Source of the DNA: Mobula hypostoma
Taxonomy: Eukaryota
DNA length: 64,000 bases
Assembly: GCF_963921235.1 (NCBI RefSeq)
Contig: NC_086108.1
Coordinates: forward strand, 98,024,001-98,088,000
Reading direction: 5' to 3'
The notes under the pieces are model-generated. The model had not been told where the DNA came from and did not search any database. It saw only the letters and a program-made list of their open reading frames with translations. Below, one piece after another: positions 37,593 through 50,692 of the stretch (position 1 is the stretch's first letter; each line of letters starts with the position of its first letter). The translations under genes and the position numbers were made by a program.

Positions 37593-40289
37593 AACCATTC
37601 AAAAGACAGATGAGAGGGTCCTGGGTTTTATACTGTTGGATTAGGTAGTATCAGCTGAGACTCCAACACCCAGATACCCACAACCAGTGGACATCCAGGG
37701 AATTGGTGGTGAAATTTGCGCTCTTTGATAGCTAGGTAGAGCTAGGTCAGTATCCTCCAGGCTCGAGTACTTATCAACATACATAATTTGGCAAAGGACC
37801 ATGGACAAACTGTACCATGGGAATGTCTTTCCTTCAGAAGTTGGCAAAGATGAGAAAATTAGGAATGAGGTCCCTGAGTAGATCTAGATGTTCTTCTGAT
37901 CATTTCTGCAAGATTATCATTTATTATTTAACTAGTTTACAGCTTTTATCAGCTTCATTCAGCAAAACAGCCTTGAGCAAACTGTATCCTTTATGAAAAT
38001 ATTTACCATGTTACAATCAATCACCATAAATCCATTACATGCTAATTTCAAATGATGCAAAGATTATTACAAACATAAGTAGAACAGTGGGAATAAGGAC
38101 GTGGCATAGAAATTAAACAACTATTCTGTCTTCATGGAAAGTATAAAAACCTGACTGAAATACATGAGAACGAAGATATCAACAAGAATGAGGAACTGGG
38201 GGAAATAAGTACTAGTTAAAAAAAAGTAGTGGGTTTAAATGCTGATAAATCCCAAGACCTAATGATCTACATGCTGGAGTTATGAAAGACCATGAGACAT
38301 AGGAGCAAAATTAGGCTATTCGGCCAATCAAGTCTGCTCTGCCATTCATGGCTGACTTATTATCCCTCTCAATCCCATTCTCCCTCCTTCTCCCCATAAT
38401 CTTTGACATCTTTACTAATCATGAATCTATCAGCCTTCACTTTATTCAATGACTTGGTCTACACATCCAACTGTGGCAGTAAAAGTAGCTCTTATAGTGA
38501 AGCTAATCATCTTGCACAATGCTATCAATTTCAGAAATGCTCCTGTGGAATTGAGAGCTAATGTGAGTCCATTACTTACTAAAGGAGGGAGAGAGAAAAC
38601 AAGGAGAATCAGAGGAAAGGAAATTGCTGGAATCTCTATAGAATAACTAGCCTGGTTTGGTGCAGCATTCTCTCACGCTATCCAAAAACACTACAGCAAA
38701 CTATCATGTCTGCAGGAAAGCTCACTGGTTGCAGTCTACCATCACTGCAGGACTTGTATGTGTCCAGAATAAAGAAGTGGGCAGGAAAAATCATTGTAGC
38801 CACTGCCCACCCTGCAAACAGCCTTTTTCAAAAATTCCCTTTGGAAAAGCACTATAGGGCTATTAAAACAAAAACTACACCATCTTAAAAGTATCTTCAT
38901 TCAGGCAGTTAATCTGATCGACCATTCTAGTTCCCCCCCCCCCATCTATTACCCTTGTCACGGCACTGTGTTGTAAGCACTTCAAATCACCTTTTATAAT
39001 GCTGCTTACATTATGAATACATACTGATATTTACTTATGAATATTTTATTCCATATGTGACTTTTAACCTCTAACTTCATAAACTTTTATTTTTCATAAT
39101 TCATTATAATTACTGAATGGTGTTTTTGTTGCATGTCACACCCTGACCAACATATTTCAGCCAGTTTCTAATATGTGTAAATGCATCTAGCAACAAAGTA
39201 AGTCTTTTCTAAGAATTCTGGGATTTCATCAGCAAGAAAATAGTGTAATCATCTTTGATAGATTTTTGAAGATGTGACTTGATAAACACAACTCCGCCAA
39301 TACGGCATATTGAGATTTTCCGATGAATCCAAATATGCTTAAGTCCTATTTATGAAGTTGGTTACCAAGCATGAGTCAGGGCTAGTTTTTGACATGGATT
39401 GAGAATTAGTTATAAAACAGAATACAAAGGGTAGGAATGAATTTCCATAGGGTTACTCACTGTGAATTTTGAGGCACCCCATGAATCGATGCTCGGGCCC
39501 CAGCTACTGGATGAATTCAAATCATTCCCAGTTTAAAATTTTTAATTGCATATTTAAAATTATATTGCTGCTTTAAAACACTGGTTAGGTCACATTTGGA
39601 GAACTGCATTCAATTCTGGTTGTGGTTTACCAAGATGCTGCCAGCATTGGCTGGCATGCACTGTAAGGGCAAACTTGGGTTGTTTGCTCTGCAGTGTTGG
39701 AAGCTGAACATAGACTTGACATAGGGTTATAAAATTATGAGAGCCGCACACAACTGTATCTGTTTCTCCCCGAGTAGAAACATCCAACATCAGAAGACAT
39801 GCACTGAAGATGAGTGGGGAAACATTCAAAGGAGATATGCAAGGTAGTTTTTTTTTTAAGAGTGGCCAAGTGCCTGAAATGCATTACCAGGGGTGGTGGA
39901 GGAAAATATAAGAGGTGATTAAAAAGCTCTGATGCTGATATTGGAATAGGGACCATGTGCAGGCAGAAGGGATTAGTATAATAGCTATTGGCTTAATTTG
40001 TTCAGCACAACATCATGGGCCAAAGGACTTTCCTATGCTGTACCATTCTCTGTTTTATCTGCACAAAATGCCTGCTAGCTTGATAATCACTGTAAATGAG
40101 TTTCCATGGATCCACAGAGCAAATCTGAATGAAAAAAGTCAGCCAGTAGTAATTATCTGCAAACTGACACTTAAAGAGCAAACCTTTCATATTTTTATCA
40201 TTCAAACCAATTGATCATTTCCAGCTTCCCAAGCTGGGGCTTTGTTTGGAGGAACATTACAAAGGGAAGAACACTCAGTAGGACCACTG

Positions 40290-40501
40290 AAAACACAAAA
40301 TAATCTGCAGATGCTGGGGTCAAAGCAACACTCACAACATGCTGGAGGAACTCAGCAGGTCGGGCAGCACCAGTGGAAAAGATCGGTCGACGTTTCGGGC
40401 CGGAACCCTTCGTCAGGACTGTAGGGGGAAGGGGCAGAGGCCCTATAAAGAAGGCGGGGGGGAGGGTGGGAAGGAGAAGGCTGGTAGGTTCCAGGAGAAA
40501 A
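40290..40501 (-). mobile_element. Young Penelope-like terminal-repeat unit
   Basis: Near-identical to the arms of 48257-48816; flanked by an ACCACTG direct repeat (40283-40289 / 40502-40508). Confidence 0.8.
40385..40421 (-). ncRNA. Minimal hammerhead ribozyme motif
   Basis: Minus strand: CAGTC-CTGACGA-A-GGGT(TCCG)GCCC-GAAA-CGTC-GACC; intact core, GUC cleavage triplet. Confidence 0.68.
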
Positions 40502-40509
40502 ACCACTGC

Positions 40510-42010
40510 CTGGAAACACCTCCACAATCTCTTCAGCCACCTCTTTCAGAACCCCTGGGGTGTACACCATCTGGTCCAGGTGACTTACCTACCTTCAGAT
40601 CTTTCAGTTTCCTAGTAATGGCAATTTCACACTTCTGCCCAATACTCTCAGACTTTCCGCATACTGCTGTCTTCCACAGTGGAAAAAAATGCTTATTCAG
40701 TTCATCTGCCATTTCCATGTCTCCCATTACTACCTCTCTAGTGTAATTTTCCAGTGGTCCAATATCTACTTTCACCTTTTTTACGCTTTATACATCTGAA
40801 GAAACTTTTGGTGTCCTCTTTAATATTATTGGTTAGCTTTCCTTCATATCTCATTCTTTCCTTCTTAATGATCTTTTTAGTTGTCTTCTGTTGTTTTTTT
40901 AAAAGCTTCCCAATCCTCTAACTTTCCACTAATTTTTACTCTATTATATGCCCTCTTTGGCTTTTATGTTGGCTTTGACTTTTTTTGCCAGGCAAGAAAA
41001 GGCTGCACCTTATGAATTGCTCCCAGAAATTCTAGCCATTGTTGCTCTGGCATCATCCCTGCTAGAGTTCCTTCCCAATTAATTTTGGCCAGTTCCTCTC
41101 TTATGCCTCTGCAGTTCCCTTTATTCCACTGTAATAGTAATACATTTGACTGTAGCTTCTCCTTCTCAAATTGTAGGGTGAATTCTCTCATATTATGTTC
41201 ACTTGTCTCCTAAAGGTTTCTTTACCTTAAGCTCTCTAATCAATTCTGATTCATGGCACAAAACCCAATCCAGAAAAACTGACCTCCTAGTGGGCTCAAG
41301 CACGAGCTGCTCTAAAAAGCCATCTTATAGGCACTCTAGAAATTCCTCCTCTTGGGATCCAACACCAACCTAATTTTCCCAATCGTATTGAAATCCCCCA
41401 TGACTATCATGCCATTGCCCTTTTGACGTGCATTTTCTATCTCCTGTTGTAATTTGTAGGCCACATCTTAACTACGGTTTGGGGGTCTGTATATAACTCC
41501 CATCAAGGTCTTTTTACCCTTGCAGTTACTAATGACAACACTTCTGATCCTGTGTCATCACTTTCTAACCATGCCACCCCTACGCCTACCTACCTGTCCT
41601 TTCAATGCAATGTGCATGCTTGGACATTAAGCTCCCAGCTATGATCTTCTTTCAGCCATGATTCAGTGATGCCCACAATGCCAGTCTGTAATAGTGCTAC
41701 AAATTTATCTACCTTATTCTGTGCATTCAAATAATAACACCTTCAGTCCTGTGTTCACCCTTTTCAATTTTGTCTGCCTTTTACATTGCAACTCATCCCG
41801 TTGACTGCAATTTTGCTGTATAATCAGCCCCTCCTTGCTAGTTGTTCACTACACTCTGCCTGTTTGTAATTAAATACTTCATCTTCAGTACCATCTCTCC
41901 AGTTCCCATGCCTCTGCAAAATTAGTTTGAACAGTCCCAAACAGCTCTAGCAAGCCTGCCCGCAAGGATATTGGTCCCACTTGGGTTCAGGTGTGACCAG
42001 TCCCATTTCT
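40510..42010 (-). mobile_element. Degraded CR1 (ORF1 end, APE and pre-RT region)
   Basis: KSPGPDGVHPR, WNKGN.RGIREELAK; ORF1-end motif (gcaaggatattggtccc..gggttcaggtg). Confidence 0.8.
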
Positions 42011-42169
42011 CGTATTCAGATATTCAGACACTGGAACAGTACGAACAGTGATCACTGAGAACTTTTAGTGTTCAGAGACTGAGATTATCTGCAAGTTTGA
42101 CTATCACACTGACACTTAAAAAAAAAATTTCTTGTGGTGATGAACATGGTATGACTGTACCATCAAAGC

Positions 42170-43265
42170 AATAATGGGGACAAATTTCAGAAGTTAAGAG
42201 TTACAAAGGGACTTGGGAGTCCATCTGAAGGATTCCCTAAAGGTTAACTTGCTTTATGAGTTGGTGGTAAAGAAGGTAATGGTAGTGCTGTGGTTAGCAC
42301 AACGCTTTACAGTACTAGTGACCCAGGTTCAAATCCCACCACTGCCTGTAAGAAGTTCGTTATGTTCTCCCTGTGACTGCGTGGGTTTCCCCTGGGTGCT
42401 TCTGTTACGTCCCACAATCCAAAGATGTACCAGTTGGTAGGTTAATTGGTCATTGTAAATTGTCCCATGATTAGGTTAGGAATAAGTTAGGGGATTACAA
42501 GGCAGCACAGTTCAAAGGGCCTATTCTGCACCGTTATCTCAATCAATAAATAAATACAATTTAGCATTAATTTTGAGAGGACTGGAATATAAAAGAAAGA
42601 ATGCAATGCTGACACTTTATAAGGCATTGGTCAGACTGCACTCTGTATTGTGAGCAGATTTGGGGCCTCTCATCTAGGAAGGGACATGCTGGCAGTGGGG
42701 TGGGTCCAGAGGAGACTCATGGGGTTGAGGAGCATTGGACGGCTCCGGGCCTGAATTCACAGGAGTTTGGAAGAATGAGAGGGAATCTCATTGAAGCCAG
42801 AATATTGAAAGGCCTGGAGTGGAAATGGAGATTATTTCCTATAGTGGGGGAGTCTGTCACCAGAGGGAACGCCTCAGAAAACAAGTATGTCTCTTTAGAA
42901 GAAAAATGAGTCAGAATTCCTTTAGCCAGAGGGTAGTAAATCTGGGGAATTCATTGCTACAGAAAGCTGTGACGCCCAAGAGGTTGATAGGTTGATTAGG
43001 GCATGAAAGGTTACACTGAGAATGCTGGAGAATGGAGTTGAGAGGGATAATGCATCAGCCAATATCAAATTACAATTTGATGGACCAAATGTCCTAATTC
43101 TGTTCCTATGTCTTATGATTAGAGGATAAAAATGGACAAGTGACTTGTGTTACGGGAAGTGTTATGGTTACGGGTAGAATGGAGATGAGGGGGAAGTAGT
43201 AAATCAGCCATGATCAAATGGCAAAGCAGACCTTACAGGTCAAGTTGCTTAATTCTGTTCCTGTT
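42170..43265 (+). mobile_element. Degraded CR1 3' part interrupted by a V-SINE (about 42280-42552)
   Basis: CR1 C-terminal motifs on both sides; SINE B-box caggttcaaatccc and gggtttcccctgggtgct core. Confidence 0.7.
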
Positions 43266-44639
43266 TTATAAGAATTCAGGATTGAATTCTGCTTTATCAA
43301 CATAAACACGAACCAATTTTTAAAATAGGCACTGTTCAACATTCATTAATGATTCCCTTTTGTTGCAGAAATTGTGCAAGGGTTTAGGATCAAGCCTTCC
43401 TGCTTATCAGCTCACTCCCTAAGTTCTTATCCACTTACATATAATCCACAATATGCTAAAAACCTCAGTCTAACCGATCCCTAAATTTTCAACATTGAAA
43501 GAAATGAACTCATCATTCCTATGATTATGCATGCACTCAAATTAACCATGTATTTAGGGCAAATTCTCAGTGGTGCTAAAAAACTGGAAGCTAATTTTGG
43601 TTTAAATCACTTGTATGAGAATGCAAGGGTATGATCAGTCAGTTTGCAGTGGATACAAAAATTGGTAGTGTCCTAATGAAGGTTTCAAGTTGAGTAGAGT
43701 GGGGGCAGCTAGAATTTAAAGCAGCACATGTAAGGTGATTCCCTTTGGGAGTCCAACTCAGTTGTGACACATAATCAATGGCAGAAGCCTTAAAAGCACT
43801 GACATACCGGGAGACCTTGGGGTGCAAGTCCATTTTTGATAGCAGCAACATGGTTGGTCACAAAAACAAAAAGTAGATTGCATGCTTGGACTGAGATACT
43901 CAGTACAAGGTTGGTGCACCATGCCACTGTTGTACAAAACATTGTTTAGACTACACTTGGGGTATTGTGTACAGTGCTAGTCACACTGCAAGAAGGATGT
44001 GATAGCAAGAGAAAGTGCAGAGATTCACCATGATATTGCCTGTTGTAAGGAGAAGTTGGGTAGGCCAAGATTATTATCACTTAAATATAGGTGGTTGAGG
44101 AATGGCCTTACAGATTTACAAACCTGAGGGACGTGGGGTCGAGTTTCCCTTGTTAGAAAAGACGAGAGCTACAGGAAACAGCTTAAAAGAGAGGAGAGAA
44201 ATTTAATGGAGATATGAGAGGCAAGTTCTACCCTACACCCCCACCCCCAGAAGTTGGTGAACATTTGGAATGAACTATCAGAGGGGATTGTACAGGACAG
44301 ACACTTAAAGAATGACAATTAGACAGGTACTTGAATAGAAAAGGAGCAGATACACAGGAAAATTGGATTAGTGCAGAAGAGCATGGTTGCGGTGAGACCA
44401 GAAGGGATGCACATTTCTATGATGCTAACCCAGTACAGCATCCTTTCCTTTGTATTCCACCATTCAACTCATGTTTCTTTTCAATTGCTCAGCCTGGAAG
44501 GTCATGAGTAAACATTTACACTTTCTTCCAGTTTTAACTAGTGCTAATTTGTTCACAAACCAAAAGATTACATATCTGCATGTATTATTCGAAATTTTTA
44601 GCATTTGCAGAATCTCATGTTTAAGATGATGTATCTAAA

Positions 44640-45196
44640 ACTTTTTTAATTCCCATTAATAGCATACAACAGGCTTCACATCAGTGAAAAGATGATTAAG
44701 CCAAGCTTTGACTTTACAACGTGGGAAAACAAGCAAAACCTTTTTAATGTAAATCAGTAGCTAAGCAAATGCATTCTAAATGATTACAATAAGAGATTTT
44801 AAGTAAAAATTGCATTGCTTCCTTGCCTTCCTAAACTATGCAACAATAAGCCAGGTTTCTAACAAGTTTCTAAACACTTGATGCACCAAAATGCAGAAGT
44901 TCTTTAAAAGACACATTGTTTCATGTTTGAGAACTCAGACCTATTTGAACATCTTTTCAATTATACTTAAGTATTTCCTCCAATAATACATGGTTCTTTA
45001 TGGAAAAGTAATCACTAATCTGTTAACAAAAACAAAACATTAATAGACTGCAGAGAAAGCATTGTGATTACAAATTAGCCAAGGCATATCAAACCATCAC
45101 AACAATGCTTGTGAGGATAGTGGGGAAGCATCTTTCTCATTACTGCTGCACTTTTATAGAATCAGAATGAAGGAAACTACATGCTTTCTGAAGTTG
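44640..45196 (-). other. Probable ZNF326 3' UTR with candidate ATTAAA poly(A) signals (44743-44748, 44645-44650)
   Basis: AT-rich unique sequence right after the stop. tttaat on + reads ATTAAA on -. The transcript end cannot be determined. Confidence 0.35.
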
Positions 45197-45436
45197 CTAC
45201 TGGTCAGCAGGCTCAACTGCCTCTTCCCCCATTTCCGCTTCATTTTCCTCTTGCACCGGTGCCTGATCATTTGATTCGTCTGCCTGGAATTCTTCCTGCT
45301 CTTGTTTCTCCTCCTCTTTCTCCTCCTTTGGCTGCTGCTGTTCAAGCTCTGGCTGCTGCTGCTGCTCCGGCTGCTGTTCCTGCTGCTGCTGCTGTTGCTG
45401 CAGCTGCTCTTGCGGATTTTCAAAAGGATTCTCACC
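45197..45436 (-). CDS. ZNF326: ZNF326 last coding exon (GENPFENPQEQLQQQQQQQEQQ...EEAVEPADQ*)
   Basis: Begins with the conserved GENPF after tatag|. 80 codons ending in TAG at 45199-45197; Q/E-rich acidic tail. Confidence 0.92.
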   Translation of the reverse strand, partial: GENPFENPQEQLQQQQQQQEQQPEQQQQPELEQQQPKEEKEEEKQEQEEFQADESNDQAPVQEENEAEMGEEAVEPADQ

Positions 45437-46451
45437 CTATACACAAAGTGAAAAAAAGCCACAATATGACAAAGTCATAGGCTTCTACATATGCTGAAGA
45501 CAGATTGGGCTGGACTAAGCCAAACATGCTGTCCTCCTGTATGTGAATTTCCAACCTAAGCAAGCTTAATCCAATAGCCATATGATCCAGTCACTATCAG
45601 TGATGAATATAACCTTAACCAGAAAAGATATGGTATCCCCGCCGTCCCGAGGGAAGCTTCCCAATGGCCTTCAGTGTGGACAGACACTGATTCAGCAGCT
45701 AATGGGAATACACCAGGCAATTCTTAATTTTCCTTATCCAATTTTACAGACTGTTATAGGGTTTCTGATCAAAACAAGGACTCTGAGGGGCATTTCCATA
45801 CCACTGTTGGTGGAATAGAACACTGTCAGGAAAGCTGCTGAAGGGGTCTAGGCTGAAGCATAAAATAACCCAAGCTAGTATCTGATCAGCCTATGAAATA
45901 ACTCCCAATTTTAGCACAAGTCCTTGCTAAGGTCTTTGAAGGATAGTTGGTCGAAAGAGATGCATAGAGCTATATAAGCATTTAAACAGATAGATGAATG
46001 AGCAGGGGATAGGGGGATGTAGACCATCTGCAGGCAGGTGGCATTAGCTACATTGTCACCTTGGTCTGCATAAACACGGTGTGCTAAACCAATTACTCAG
46101 TAGCCACAAAACAGATCTTAATATTCGCAGAAAACGTGAAATTCACCAGCACATTCTTTTCTGCAAGCTTTAACATTAGATGAGGTTAAGTGTAGTGGAT
46201 ACATTTGTCCGTCTAGCAAATCTACAACCACCTTTTTATAATTACTAGGCCAAGATCCTAAAACTGACTTTGCATCATTATTGGGAACAATGAACCCCTG
46301 AATGTGGCTTGGTATTCAAGGGAACAGAGGTACCAACAATTTTCTGGGGATATAGGAATAGAAAATAAAAGACAATAGCAATATCCTCCACCATATTACA
46401 AAAAATTTAAGAGGTCCTACTTGTTAATACAGCAAACGTCACAAAACTTAC

Positions 46452-46547
46452 CTTAAGGAAGAGCTCAAATTTAGCCTTTACAGTTGGATTGTTCAGCATG
46501 CTACTGGCTGTGAGGAGACTCTCCCTTCTAACTTGGTCATGATAATT
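46452..46547 (-). CDS. ZNF326: ZNF326 exon ([32 protein letters not shown])
   Basis: RES.LTA.S.LNNP.VKA motif. tttcag| acceptor, AAG|gtaagt donor, 96 bp, phase 0 to 0. Confidence 0.93.
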
Positions 46548-47082
46548 CTGAAATAAAGAAGAAAAATCAGCACTGAAAAAGTGACACAGGTTAAAAAAAA
46601 ACACAAATTACTCTACCTGCACTTGAAACTTAAATGGTTATTGAGCAAAATTCTTAGAAGCACAGGCCATAATGAACTTAAGATTTAGCTTTAAATTACT
46701 CTAGTCTGGGCAAACATGCAAATAAAACTTTATCTTTCAGACTAGTTTCTGCCAAACTGCTGTGGATTCCTGACCCAATAACAGTAATTATTTTAAAAAC
46801 TCAGCTGTCATTTACAAATTTTCCCATCATCTTACCCCACCCATCTCTACATGTCCATTCAAGTGCTTTGTTTCTCCAAGCAAAATTAAGACTTCATCTT
46901 ATTCCCCTCCATTTAAAACTAGTATATGACTTGCACACAATGAATATTACAAATCAACCCAATTTGCCTTTTTGACTATGAAAATTTAAAATAAGACTGA
47001 AAATATTTTAAGGATTTATTTTATAACCCTTAATTATGGGACCAAATACAACTAATTTTCTTTATCAAGGGGAAATGTATAC

Positions 47083-47213
47083 CTTCTTGCTATTGATATG
47101 TTCATTAGACTTCAAATGCTGCTGTACAGAGTGAAAGAGGAAAGGAATATAGGTGTTGCAGACAGCGCACTGAACAGTTTCAACCTTTTTCATTTGATCA
47201 TCTGAAGAAACAC
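47083..47213 (-). CDS. ZNF326: ZNF326 exon, second AKAP95-type zinc finger ([44 protein letters not shown])
   Basis: KVETVxCxxCxxYIP...SVQQHLKS..H motif. ttttaag| acceptor, AAG|gtatac donor, phase 1 to 0. Confidence 0.95.
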
Positions 47214-48256
47214 CTTAAAAACAAAGCAAAATCATTTTTAATAAAGCAGTAAGTACTAAGTAATTACAACTAGAATACTTGAATTTCAAATGGATTTGGA
47301 AATTGTAAAGCTGTTGAACTACTGGAATCTCTCCTGTAAAAGTACTTTGACCATTCTATGGATTGGAATATGAATATGGAATTCCAGCAACTACAAGTGA
47401 ACAGAGATGCATGTCAGGATGGTGTGCGCTTTGAACTTTTGGGATGGGCTGTCAAGAGTAGCTTAGGTGAGTAACTGTGATATGGTCCTCAATGCATCGA
47501 GTATCATGAACATGCACATGTAAAGAAATTCAGAGCATTTTGCATTCAACTTCGGTTTTTCTTTTACACCAGGGAAGGCGACCCACAAAGGGAAATCGTG
47601 GAGAACAAGATAATTTTAACTGAGTCTTTACTAACTATATAAAAAAAACTAAACATGTAAAATATATCTGATTATTTGTACACATTAGAATAGTATCAGA
47701 TATCTAAAAGCAGTTCAAAGACCCTTTGACAGCATTGAGCTCTGGATGGCAGCAAACATTTCCAACTAACATGGTTTCATGAAAATGATTCTTTTAAGGT
47801 TGCGGCAGTTTAGCTCAAAAGGACCATAGGAGACGACAAACTCTGATAACTGTGTTTTAACATGGAGTTCAGTATTAAGGAAATTTCCATGACATGTTCT
47901 CTCTGCAGCCAATTCTTATTCAGAATCAATGGAAGGTTATGTTCAAAGCAGTTCTGAAGTTATTCAGTCACTTGCATTGCAAGAGCGCACATTCAAGTGC
48001 AGGACTTAGCAGGCCACAGGTGCCTGGTCTGACCGTACACAGCGCTGAGGTCATGCCACAGTATTGGAGATCCCATTCACATTACGAGGACTGATGCCAA
48101 ACATAAAAACTTATTCACTGACAATGTTGACGAAGTAATGTACACTCCCATTTCCTTCTATCAGCAACTTTGCTGGTCTATGGCCTCTGCTTAGATTGGG
48201 TGCCAAATGCCTCTATGTCCCAAATCCTAGCAACCTATCCACCCAGATACATAATA

Positions 48257-48816
48257 CTCAGCAGGTCAGGCAGGATCCATGGAAACGATCAGTCAACGTT
48301 TCAGGCCAGAACCCTTCCTCAGGACTGAAGAGGGAAGGGGCAGAGGCCCTATAAAGAAGGTGGGGGAGGGGAGGGTTGGAAGGGGAAGGTTGGTAGGTTC
48401 AGTTGAAAAACCAGTAATTTGAAAGACAAAAGGGTGGGGGAGAGGAAGCACGGAGGTGATAGACAAGAAAACCATGGGTAGTAGGAGGCAGAACCATGAG
48501 GGAGGTGATAGGCAGCTGGGGGAAGGGGCAGAGTGAAATAGGGATAGAGGAAGGGAGGGGGAGGGAATTACCGGAAGTTGGAGTATGCTTTGTCTTTCAA
48601 ATTACTAGTTTTTCAACTGAACCTACCAACCTTCCCTTTCCAACCCTCCCCCACCTTCTTTATAGGGCCTCTGCCCCTTCCCTCTTCAGTCCTGACGAAG
48701 GGTTCCGGCCCGAAACGTAGACTCATCATTTCCACGGATGCTGCCTGACCTGCTGAGTTCCTCCAGCGTGTTGTGAGTGTTGCTTTGATCCCAGCATCTG
48801 CAGATTATTTTGTGTT
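48257..48816. mobile_element. Non-coding Penelope-like element with about 175-bp inverted arms, in a ZNF326 intron
   Basis: Arms about 48257-48430 and 48589-48768 are reverse complements. 9-bp TSD TACATAATA (48248-48256 / 48817-48825). Confidence 0.88.
48688..48723 (+). ncRNA. Minimal hammerhead ribozyme motif
   Basis: AGTC-CTGACGA-A-GGGT(TCCG)GCCC-GAAA-CGTA-GACT; intact core, GUA triplet. Confidence 0.68.
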
Positions 48817-49049
48817 TACATAATAGATTAGCAAGGGCATGGAGAAAATATGACTAATGGTCTGGATCTATACTGACCAAAACACCACAATGGCAGTATT
48901 TTCATTAGAACTCAACAGGCAAGTCAACTTGCATTAGAATTGTTTGGGGTTAATCATTACTGCCCATCACTAGGGTTTTAAAGCTTTACTCTTTACACCT
49001 TTAACAGAATTACATGGGCTTGATTACAAAGATCCAATACGTAGCTTAC

Positions 49050-49152
49050 CCATCAAAACATCCTTGGAAAGCTTCTGTGCCGGCTCCTTTTGTTCCTGCT
49101 GTTGCAGCTGTTTGCGAGCTGCAATTTTCTTATTCTTGTTCACCATAGATGC
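49050..49152 (-). CDS. ZNF326: ZNF326 exon (ASMVNKNKKIAARKQLQQQEQKEPAQKLSKDVLM)
   Basis: MVNKxKK..RKQ...KDV matches the ZNF326 inter-finger linker. attag| acceptor, G|gtaagc donor, phase 0 to 1. Confidence 0.9.
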
Positions 49153-50019
49153 CTAATATAAATAGATTTTAAGTTAGAGATTTAGTTAAAAGGTCATGAT
49201 AACAAATTTGAAGTTAGCAATGGAAAAGATAGTCACCAGACCCAGTCCTCTAGCTTCCCACTCATTTTTACTGTGTTACATGCCCTCTCTTTCACACAAG
49301 TATTATATACTCTCTCTTTCACACAAGTATAACGACATTGAAATTAAATGGTAACGCAGCCTCTGGAAAATAAAAAACTATGGATTTGAATACCATAGGC
49401 AGTGTACACCTCAGTCAATACACCAACACTGGAGTACTAAGTGCTGCACTCCAAGATGCCCTTCTGGCACTAAATCTAGATCATATTACATTAATCCTGT
49501 AAATCTCAATGAACCAATCAAATAAGCTGCTGGTACTTTGGTCAAAATTCTATCTCAGTCACACCACTAAAACATCCAAGTGGTCTGAACATTTTAGTAG
49601 AATTATGTACATACAAGGCCATTTTACAAATCATTCCAATTCTACAATTACATTACTGACAATTTTCAAGGCTCAACGGACAGGATCAATTTACACAGTA
49701 AACTACAGCTTTTAACACTGAAGGAACAAGTGCCACAGGCTGAACTTCTTCCACACAGACGACCATAAAGAGCTGTGAAGTAAAAATATCCGTAATTACA
49801 CTGTTCAGTATTCAAGCAGTGCTCGCTCTAGTCCTTCAGAACAGAGGAACAAGACTTTCAGTAACATTTATAACCGAAGAAAAATTTTATTGGAAGACTA
49901 TATTAGATGAATAATGAATATCAAGAAATATTAATTTACTGGGTTCTGTGAAACAAAACAGAATACAAAAACTCTAACTTAGCCAAATCCCAGGAAATAA
50001 TTTTAAAAATGCCCTTCAA

Positions 50020-50182
50020 GCCACTCTGCCCAGCAACCTGCGATTTAACCCTAGCCTAATCATGGGACAATTTGCAGTGGCCAATTAATCTACCAAACAG
50101 TACACCTTTGGACTGCAGCACCCAGAGAAAACCCATGCAGTCACAGGGAGAACATACAAACACCTTACAGACAGTGGCAGTC
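50020..50182 (-). mobile_element. V-domain SINE fragment
   Basis: aaccctagcctaatcatgggacaatt...agcacccagagaaaaccc...cacagggagaacatacaaa. Confidence 0.55.
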
Positions 50183-50692
50183 TTGTGGTAGGTGTCAGCT
50201 ACAAGAATTGTACTACTTAGACCCAAGCCAGAAGTTATGGTTTTAGAGGATTAAGCACAATGGCCACTTCATATAAGAGCATGATCCAACACTAATCTCT
50301 CAGAGATAAGGGAATGTAACAGATCACCATTCAAAACAGCAAGCGCCAACAAACAAAAAGAGTAACTTAATTATTTCACTGTTACTTGTCAAAACGTGAC
50401 TTCAGTGGCACTGGGATGTGTTGAAATGTACTGCACAAATGTAGGTCCTGTACTTTTCTTGACAGTACATCTGTGCATGCTTTGTGGTGCTAATGAATAT
50501 CAATATTTATTCCACAGAACAAGGTGTTGAACTAAGTTCCAGTGTGATATGAGAATCATAGCCAATATACAAACCAGAAAGACAAACACAAAACTTGTGC
50601 TACTGAAACAAATTTAGTGACACCAAAACTGAATTTTATAAATACTAGCTTTTATCTTCAATTCTAAATGCTTTCAAAGAGGAATAACCTAC

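Noticed and set aside
45181..45480. Plus-strand 99-aa Ala/Pro-rich ORF and minus-strand 102-aa Ser-rich ORF (45154-45462)
   Set aside because: Antisense and alternative-frame shadows of the CAG-rich last ZNF326 exon; the spliced frame starts GENPF.
49285..49330. Direct repeat ctctctttcacacaagtat x2
   Set aside because: Small local intronic duplication with no evident function.
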